In this document: piece by piece, positions 57,929-64,000 of the stretch | How the letters are laid out: the number at the start of each line of letters is the position of its first letter | Position numbering within the stretch: position 1 is the stretch's first letter | Source: Candidatus Bathyarchaeia archaeon | GTDB taxonomy: Archaea > Thermoproteota > Bathyarchaeia > Bathyarchaeales > Bathycorpusculaceae | Reading direction: 5' to 3' | Length of the DNA: 64,000 bases | Assembly (NCBI GenBank): GCA_038883655.1 | Contig: JAVZLQ010000002.1 | Span: 217,625-281,624, forward strand | Program-made: the position numbers and the translations under genes | The notes under the pieces: generated by a model | What the model was told of the DNA's origin: nothing | Database searches by the model: none | What the model saw: the letters and a program-made list of their open reading frames with translations, nothing else

Positions 57929-58300
57929 ATGAAACTGGTTGAGAACGCAATGACAAGTGCAAAAGGTGTTAAACCTTCTTGGCATGGGGTTCCACGCGAA
58001 GAAATTGGGTGGCATCCGACAGTTGAACGCGAACTCTGCGTTGGATGTGGCTTGTGCGTCTTGGGATGCGCAGCCAACGTTTATGCGTTTGATTATAACC
58101 AAAATAAGCCAGTGGTGGTTGCACCGTTAAACTGTAAGGTTGGATGCGTAACATGTGCAAACACATGTCCAACCCACGCCATAAGTTTTCCATCACTTTC
58201 CTATCTTCATAAAATCATCAAACAAAGGAAAGTTTTGGCAAGAAGCAGGGAAGAACTGAAAGAAAGTATGGACCACCTTGCCTATAAAGGTGAAAAGTAA
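57929..58300 (+). CDS. 2x[4Fe-4S] ferredoxin
   Basis: CVGCGLCVLGC and CKVGCVTCANTCP. Confidence 0.9.
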   Translation: MKLVENAMTSAKGVKPSWHGVPREEIGWHPTVERELCVGCGLCVLGCAANVYAFDYNQNKPVVVAPLNCKVGCVTCANTCPTHAISFPSLSYLHKIIKQRKVLARSREELKESMDHLAYKGEK

Positions 58301-58316
58301 GCGATGCTTGTAAGAA

Positions 58317-58664
58317 GTGTGGCTAATGGGCAACACTAAAAATGGCGTTATACGAATTAGAACATGGAAGGAATTCAGAGAAATAGGAGACAAGACGGGC
58401 GCTTCCGTTGTTGTCTATAACATTGAGCAAAATGCCTTTTCAGAAAACAAAGAACTTACATGTTTAAGGTTGATACTCCCATGTGAAGGCGTACAATACG
58501 TTTTCCTTGATTTTCCAAGAGGAGATAAATTAAGGGAAACTGGCATCGCACTTCGCAAGGATAAACGCGGAAACCGCTATCTACGCGATGAAGATGTAAT
58601 TGTTTTCTTGAAAAGAGAATTTGGAAAAGAAAACCTTCAAATATGTTCTTATTGGACCGTCTAG
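58317..58664 (+). CDS. Hypothetical protein
   Basis: Open frame in operon position. Confidence 0.65.
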   Translation: MWLMGNTKNGVIRIRTWKEFREIGDKTGASVVVYNIEQNAFSENKELTCLRLILPCEGVQYVFLDFPRGDKLRETGIALRKDKRGNRYLRDEDVIVFLKREFGKENLQICSYWTV

Positions 58665-58671
58665 TCAATAA

Positions 58672-58687
58672 CAATATTTAAATATTG
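58672..58687. promoter_or_regulatory. Palindromic operator CAATATTTAAATATTG (copy 2) upstream of arsR-like gene
   Basis: Identical to 57889-57904. Confidence 0.8.
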
Positions 58688-58706
58688 ATATTAACCTTTT
58701 TCACAT

Positions 58707-59036
58707 ATGCAACAAACAAAAACAAAGTCAAAAGTAAATACGTTTAAAGCGAAAATTTTCAAGGCACTAGCAGACCCGGTAAGACTAGACATAATTAATC
58801 TGATGCGTGACGGCGAAAAATGTGTCTGCGAAATCGTCCCAAAAGTGGGGGCAATTCAACCAGTAGTTTCGCGCCACTTGAAAATCTTGAAAAGCTGCGG
58901 CATTCTTAAAGAGAGAAAATCCGGAAATAGAAGACTATATTCCATCACCGACCAGAGAATTTTTAGAGTTATTGACGCCTTAACAGCTGAACTTGTTGAA
59001 TCCCTATCAGAAAGCATGTTAGAGCAAATAATTTGA
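58707..59036 (+). CDS. ArsR/SmtB-family regulator
   Basis: FKALADPVRL, EKCVCEI metal box, VSRHLKIL. Confidence 0.93.
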   Translation: MQQTKTKSKVNTFKAKIFKALADPVRLDIINLMRDGEKCVCEIVPKVGAIQPVVSRHLKILKSCGILKERKSGNRRLYSITDQRIFRVIDALTAELVESLSESMLEQII

Positions 59037-59311
59037 TTTTGGTGATTAGAATGGTTATTAAGGTTGAGGTTTTTACTGCTGAACCGCCGTGTGCAGGTTG
59101 CCTAAAACTCTTGGAATATGCGGATTTGATTAAAGCCAAGTACGGCGAGAAAGTTGATGTGATAAAGCATGTTGGTCCATGCGAGGAATTCAGCAAGTAC
59201 GGTTTAACAGTGGTTCCGGCAGTGGTGTTTAATGAAGGCAAGATAAAGATTATGGGTGTGTGTCCAAGCATTCAGACGATTGAAGCGGCACTTAAAGAAA
59301 TGGGGGTGTAA
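59033..59311 (+). CDS. Thioredoxin-fold protein (CAGC)
   Basis: EPPCAGC, YG..VVPAVV, GVCPS. Confidence 0.85.
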   Translation: MILVIRMVIKVEVFTAEPPCAGCLKLLEYADLIKAKYGEKVDVIKHVGPCEEFSKYGLTVVPAVVFNEGKIKIMGVCPSIQTIEAALKEMGV

Positions 59312-59313
59312 GC

Positions 59314-59571
59314 ATGCCAGTGAAAGTTGAAGTTTTCACTTCTGAGCCGCCTTGTTCTGGCGGAAGACTTCTGCTAAAGCTTATCGAAAAAGTTAGACAG
59401 GAATATGCCGATAAAATTGAATTGGAAATCTATCGTGGAGTATGCCAAAAACTTGATGAGTATGGAATACGCGCAAGCCCAGCAATCGTAATTGACAAAG
59501 ATATTCGCATAATTGGCGTCTGTCCAAGCGAAGAAACACTGAAAGAAGCCCTGAGAGAAGCTGGCGTATGA
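59314..59571 (+). CDS. Thioredoxin-fold protein (monothiol CSGG)
   Basis: EPPCSGG, YG..SPAIV, GVCPS; paralog of upstream gene. Confidence 0.85.
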   Translation: MPVKVEVFTSEPPCSGGRLLLKLIEKVRQEYADKIELEIYRGVCQKLDEYGIRASPAIVIDKDIRIIGVCPSEETLKEALREAGV

Positions 59572-60188
59572 GCGGCTACGACATATTTGAAATGCTTCGA
59601 CAAACAAAGAAAGCGGAAACACTTGTTAACAATTTCGAAATAAAACAAGTTTTGCCGTGTTTCACAACGCCAGGCTACATACGTTTTATAGCTCAAGCAG
59701 ACCGTGAAATAGGCGACGTAATACCAATAATTTTCCTAAAATTTCCACCTGGAAAAAGCACGTACATAAGGGAAGAAAACACTCTAACGCTTAGGGCGTT
59801 CAACCGCATGATAACATTCCACCCGTCAGGCAAAGTAGCCGTAACAAACACGAGAGATGAGGAAGAAGCAAAGGAAATTCTAGAAGAAATCAGGAAAATA
59901 ATAAACGACGCTTATAAAGACTACTTGAAAAATGGAAAGCCAAAAGAAAGCGACATCGAAGCCGCAGAAAAACTCTCATGGACTGATATTTACGCTTATC
60001 TGCCCAAAACAAACTGCGGAAAATGCGGCTACCAAGTATGCTCAGCATTTGCAGCAAGTCTCATACAAGGAGAAACCAAACTCTCAAAATGCACACCACT
60101 GAAAGAACCAGTCAACAGCAATAACTTAAAAACACTCAAACAAAAACTTGGCGCGTGCCTACTACAAGCGTTAGGATGGACAGAATAA
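59568..60188 (+). CDS. Fe-S-binding protein with C-terminal FeS domain
   Basis: LPKTNCGKCGYQVC..FA...CTP. Confidence 0.85.
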   Translation: MSGYDIFEMLRQTKKAETLVNNFEIKQVLPCFTTPGYIRFIAQADREIGDVIPIIFLKFPPGKSTYIREENTLTLRAFNRMITFHPSGKVAVTNTRDEEEAKEILEEIRKIINDAYKDYLKNGKPKESDIEAAEKLSWTDIYAYLPKTNCGKCGYQVCSAFAASLIQGETKLSKCTPLKEPVNSNNLKTLKQKLGACLLQALGWTE

Positions 60189-60193
60189 TTATT

Positions 60194-60269
60194 TGGTAGC
60201 CCGGGAGAGATTCGAACTCTCGTCTGCGGGTCCAAAGCCCGCTATGCTTGTCCACTACACCACCGGGCT
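60194..60269 (-). tRNA. tRNA-Gln(TTG) with encoded CCA
   Basis: AGCCCGG/CCGGGCT acceptor, GCGGG-CTTTGGA-CCCGC anticodon arm, GTTCGAATC. Confidence 0.95.
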
Positions 60270-60279
60270 TTTACTGTCA

Positions 60280-61410
60280 TTAGCTTTTTAAGTGGTTCTT
60301 GATTAGTGTTTTCCTCTCTCTTCGTATTTCTGTTATTATGTTTCGTGCTTTTTCAGTTGTTTCAGTTGCCTTTTGCTTGTCAATTTTGTTTAAATTCAAA
60401 AAGTCGACAATGTTTTTGTAGTTTTTTGGGGTTTTTCCTTCTAGGCGTTCTAGTGTGCGCATCAAAGTTGTGTGGTCAGCCTTTGTTTTTTCGGCGGTTG
60501 ACTTGAACCATGCGTAATTTTCTATCATGTCTAAGAATGTGTTTTTCAGATAGTTGTAGGCTTCGTTTGTCTTTTCCTGTTCAATTAATGCTGTTGTTCG
60601 CAGCAGTGCGCCTTGTAGAAACGCTGGGTTCAGATAGTAGCTCAGCTTCTTTCGCACTCTAAAGTGCATAGCCTCCAGGGCTTGTTGGTTATTTGCTATA
60701 TTGGCTTTTGCTTCTTCCCATATAGTCTTAAAAAGTTTCAGTTTGCCATTAACGTCGGCGCTTTCTAGCCTTGTTAACCCAGCAGTTTCCAAGTATTCCT
60801 TAAAAGTTCTTTGCATTCCAAGTTTTGCCGTTGCTCTTTCAAGTCTTTCCAGAAATCTGCTGTTTGAGAACGGCTCTAAGGCTATTTCAAGCAGAACCTT
60901 CAAAATTGTTTGTATTGCTAACGTTGCGAAGAGGTATGCGCTTTGAGGGTCTTCTCTCGAAAGCGCGGATGTTGCTCGGCTCAGGTAAATGTCTGAATCT
61001 ATTATGTGGGATTCCACTCTTATGTCGACTCTTTCTGGCGAACAGTAAACCTTAGCCATCAAAAGCTTCGTGTTTGTTAAACTCCAATCTCTATCGTACA
61101 AAATTTGCATCTCATACAGCTTCTGGTCTAGTTCTGGCGGAATAGGACCGTTCAACCAACTTTTTGGCACATGATCAAAATCTAGGAATAAGCCTCCCGC
61201 TTCCGCCCTCTCAACATACTCACAGTGAAAGCTGCCCTTTTCCACCACTAATAGGTCTACATCGCTTGATGAAGATGCTTCGTTTCTACCCCAACTTCCA
61301 AAAAGTCCAACACCATAAACGTTTTCCGCCGTACGCAGTTCACCAACTATCTTCTCTAGGGTTCTTCTGATTTTTTCCGGAAGTCTTATCATTGTTGACA
61401 TTTCGCTCAC
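60280..61410 (-). CDS. Nucleotidyltransferase-domain protein with helical C-terminal region
   Basis: LFGSWGR...SDVDLLV. Confidence 0.82.
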   Translation of the reverse strand: MSEMSTMIRLPEKIRRTLEKIVGELRTAENVYGVGLFGSWGRNEASSSSDVDLLVVEKGSFHCEYVERAEAGGLFLDFDHVPKSWLNGPIPPELDQKLYEMQILYDRDWSLTNTKLLMAKVYCSPERVDIRVESHIIDSDIYLSRATSALSREDPQSAYLFATLAIQTILKVLLEIALEPFSNSRFLERLERATAKLGMQRTFKEYLETAGLTRLESADVNGKLKLFKTIWEEAKANIANNQQALEAMHFRVRKKLSYYLNPAFLQGALLRTTALIEQEKTNEAYNYLKNTFLDMIENYAWFKSTAEKTKADHTTLMRTLERLEGKTPKNYKNIVDFLNLNKIDKQKATETTEKARNIITEIRRERKTLIKNHLKS

Positions 61411-61584
61411 AAATTATTATTATCTTTTATTATTCAAAATTTGTGGAGGCGATACTTCAAATAAAACCGCAAAATTTATATATCAAAACATTTCATCTAA
61501 TTAGGCTCACCGGGGCCGGATGCGCTCTTTCTCCGATTAAAAGATGAGGGATATGGGAAGGTAACGGTTCTCGAAAACTATAGG

Positions 61585-62535
61585 GTGGATCAAAAGTTGA
61601 GCAACAAAGAAAGCGGGGCTCGTCAAAGGTTAATCGACAAATGTCCAGAATGTGGTAGTGTAAACCTTGTTCACGATTACGACACTGGAGAAACCATTTG
61701 CGGCAACTGTGGACTTGTCCTCTACGAGCAGATGATGGATAAGGGACCAGAATGGCGCGCCTTTACACAAGAGGAGAAAGCCTCAAGAAGCCGTGTTGGA
61801 GTGCCAACATCCTACTCCGTTCATGACAAGGGCTTGTCAACAGCCATAAGCCAGGTTGACAGAGACGCATTTGGAAGGAAACTTCCACTTTCAACAAGAT
61901 TGCAGATGTGGCGGTTAAGGAAGTGGCAGATACGTTCAAGGGTGCATTCCTCAATAGATAGAAACCTCGCCCAAGCCATGGCTGAACTCGACCGATTGTC
62001 AGACAAGGTGTATATCCCACCGCCAATTAAAGAGAAGGCGGCAGTCATTTATCGCAAAGCCTTGGATAAGGGGCTTGTCCGTGGAAGGTCAATTGCCGCT
62101 ATTGCAGCTGCGGCACTTTATGCCGCTTGCCGTGGAAGCGGAACACCGAGAACACTGCGTGAAATTGCCGAGGCCAGCCTCGTTGACAAGAAGGATGTTG
62201 CGCGTTGTTATAGGCTTTTGCTTAGGGAATTGTCAGTTCAAATGCCCATAGCCGACCCACTAACATATGTTTCAAAAATCGCCGAGAGAACTGGAATTTC
62301 TGGCAAGACGCAAGGAATCGCCATACAAATCCTAAGAGAAGCAAGGGAAAAACGTGCTGCTGCGGGCAAAGACCCTATGGGTTTGGCTGCGGCTGCGTTA
62401 TATATTGCATGTTTGCAGAACAACGAGAAAAAGACGCAAAAGGACATCGCTGAGGCGGCTGGTGTCACGGAAGTTACGGTGCGAAACCGCTATAAGACAT
62501 TGAAGAAACAATTGAACTTGGAACTTCCAGATTAG
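61585..62535 (+). CDS. tfb: Transcription initiation factor IIB
   Basis: CPEC..CGNC Zn ribbon, GPEWRAF, two cyclin repeats, VTEVTVRNRY. Confidence 0.97.
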   Translation: MDQKLSNKESGARQRLIDKCPECGSVNLVHDYDTGETICGNCGLVLYEQMMDKGPEWRAFTQEEKASRSRVGVPTSYSVHDKGLSTAISQVDRDAFGRKLPLSTRLQMWRLRKWQIRSRVHSSIDRNLAQAMAELDRLSDKVYIPPPIKEKAAVIYRKALDKGLVRGRSIAAIAAAALYAACRGSGTPRTLREIAEASLVDKKDVARCYRLLLRELSVQMPIADPLTYVSKIAERTGISGKTQGIAIQILREAREKRAAAGKDPMGLAAAALYIACLQNNEKKTQKDIAEAAGVTEVTVRNRYKTLKKQLNLELPD

Positions 62536-62545
62536 AATTTAGCTT

Positions 62546-62749
62546 TTAGCCTTCCTCTTTTTCCAGTTCCATTACTATAGGGCCGTTGTATCCACAATTT
62601 TCACAAACGTATTTTTTGGGTGTTAACCAGTAATCTAGGCTGCTTGACAAGCGTATGTTTGGGCTTCCGCATCTTGGACAATATATTTTTGCTGGTCCTC
62701 TGCGTTTCAGCGACCCAAATACTTCTTTCAGGTTTTGTATTAGTTTCAT
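62546..62749 (-). CDS. Small Zn-ribbon protein
   Basis: CPRCGS..YVCENCGY; ATG 62749 avoids overlap with SUI1 gene. Confidence 0.75.
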   Translation of the reverse strand: MKLIQNLKEVFGSLKRRGPAKIYCPRCGSPNIRLSSSLDYWLTPKKYVCENCGYNGPIVMELEKEEG

Positions 62750-62775
62750 TTGGGCTTCGTCCTTTGTGGTTAATG

Positions 62776-63087
62776 TTACTGGACTTCTATGTTTTCTTCT
62801 GGGTATCCGAGCTTTATAAGGTATTGGCGGACCCTTTCGCGGTGATCTCCTTGGAGCATTATTTGACCGTTTTTCGCTGTTCCGCCGCATGCACAGAAGC
62901 TCTTTAGTTTCTGGGCTATGTCCGCTAATTTAGTGTTTTTGTTGTCATTTATGCCGTCAACTATTGTTGTTGGTTTGCCAAACTTTCTTGTTTCAAGTCT
63001 TATGCGGATTCTCTGTTGCTCCTTCTCTATTTCGCCGCAGACACACAAGTCCTTTGGAAGCCCACATGTCGGACAGATTTCAGCCAT
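62776..63087 (-). CDS. SUI1/aIF-1 translation factor
   Basis: CPTCGLPKDLCVC, RKFGK, LKSFCACGGT, LQGDHR. Confidence 0.93.
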   Translation of the reverse strand: MAEICPTCGLPKDLCVCGEIEKEQQRIRIRLETRKFGKPTTIVDGINDNKNTKLADIAQKLKSFCACGGTAKNGQIMLQGDHRERVRQYLIKLGYPEENIEVQ

Positions 63088-63211
63088 GACGCTCAAACTT
63101 ACAATTAACATGGCAGTATATAAGATTTTCAAATTCACAATCCATAATTAAGTCTAAAACGCCTTACTATTCGGTAAAGCTTTAATGAAAACCGACGCTT
63201 AATTAGCGCTT

Positions 63212-64000
63212 ATGAAAGTGTTAATTGTTGGTTGCGGAAACATAGGCGCTGTTGCAGCTGAAGACTTTGCCAAAAGCGTGCCAACCGCCAAGGTTGTTCT
63301 AGCCGACAAAGATGAAGGAAAAGCTAAAAGTGTTGCCAAAAAATTACGCGGAGAAAATGTTTCTTACATGCAGTTGGACGTGTCAAACAAGGACAAGCTT
63401 GTCCGCTTACTTGAAGGTTTCGATATAATTTTGGGTTTTTTACCTGGAAATCTGGGTTATAACCTAGTTGAGGCTTGCATCAAAGCGCGAAAAAACCTCG
63501 TTGACGTTTCTTACATGCCCCAAAATCCTCTAATGCTTAATGACGCGGCAGTTAAAGCCGATGTAACTGTTATTCCAGAGTGTGGGCTTGCCCCAGGCAT
63601 AGGCAATATCCTTGTTGGGCATGCAGCCAAAAAACTTGACAAAGTGCAGAAGATTCACATATTGGTTGGAGGCATCCCAGAAAAGCCAGTGCCACCTTTA
63701 GGCTATGCTGTGACATGGTCTCCTGAAAACCTTATTGACGAATACAAGCGAAAAGCCAGAATAGTTGTTGACGGGAAAATTGTTGAAGTTGAAGCCTTAA
63801 GTGGAATTGAGGAAGTGGATTTTCCAGGGCTTGGTAGGCTTGAGGCGTTTTACACTGATGGTCTTCGAACTTTGCTCAGCACCTTTAGCGACGTTGAGGA
63901 GATGTGGGAGAAAACCCTTAGGTATAAAGGACACGCGGAAAAAGTGCGTTTGCTTAAGTATTTGGGATTTTTTGAAGATGAGGAGTTGGATATTGATGGA
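63212..64000 (+). CDS. Saccharopine/lysine dehydrogenase family protein (truncated by window edge)
   Basis: Manual translation MKVLIVGCGNIG...VDVSY...CGLAPG...VGGIP...WSPENLIDEY...TDGLRT. Confidence 0.88.
   Translation, partial: MKVLIVGCGNIGAVAAEDFAKSVPTAKVVLADKDEGKAKSVAKKLRGENVSYMQLDVSNKDKLVRLLEGFDIILGFLPGNLGYNLVEACIKARKNLVDVSYMPQNPLMLNDAAVKADVTVIPECGLAPGIGNILVGHAAKKLDKVQKIHILVGGIPEKPVPPLGYAVTWSPENLIDEYKRKARIVVDGKIVEVEALSGIEEVDFPGLGRLEAFYTDGLRTLLSTFSDVEEMWEKTLRYKGHAEKVRLLKYLGFFEDEELDIDG

Noticed and set aside
57581-59571. Selenocysteine read-through in the thioredoxin-like genes
   Set aside because: No in-frame TGA at redox motifs
54655-60269. ArsR cluster as an island integrated at tRNA-Gln
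   Set aside because: Adjacent to the tRNA 3' end, but no att duplicate or integrase found
48-63151. Many 60-230 aa track ORFs antisense to or overlapping clear genes (e.g. 2606-3301, 31641-32159, 54831-55469)
   Set aside because: Shadow frames of well-supported genes with no motifs
1-64000. CRISPR array, rRNA, IS transposase
   Set aside because: No regularly spaced repeats, rRNA-like sequence or transposase motifs seen by eye

Overview
Archaeal chromosomal window. TFB, aIF-1A/aIF-2beta/SUI1, L35Ae, LonB and a BHB-intron tRNA mark it as archaeal; a TACK lineage, probably Bathyarchaeia, is my inference. Most genes are housekeeping or metabolic: ABC transporters, hemL, mobA, feoAB, gcvPA/PB, the rio1 cluster, an ArsR/ArsP redox cluster, tRNA-His and tRNA-Gln. 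Three things stand out. (1) At 8.8-13.4 kb, two divergent PadR regulators precede a polyprenyl-synthase-fold enzyme that keeps both DDxxD motifs but has lost the IPP-binding residues. An unannotated 19-aa peptide gene (MKKKKVKPVRVTFWFEWPI, Trp third from the C-terminus) converges on it, followed by an MFS protein and a radical SAM/SPASM enzyme. This is a candidate archaeal ComQX-like prenylated-peptide signalling or RiPP system. (2) A ~7.9-kb element is integrated into the 3' end of that radical SAM gene; both att copies encode GCEIIP-stop. It carries two tyrosine recombinases, an RHH protein, an MCM-like ATPase, a secreted membrane-anchored surface protein and a small 2-TM protein. (3) In a small gene at 54.0-54.3 kb the predicted 3' UTR pairs over 20 nt with its own 5' UTR/SD and can form an alternative local hairpin. 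Also found: several sub-60-aa ORFs missing from the track, a candidate C/D-box sRNA, operator palindromes and a frameshifted GNAT. All family calls come from motif recognition by eye, not database searches.
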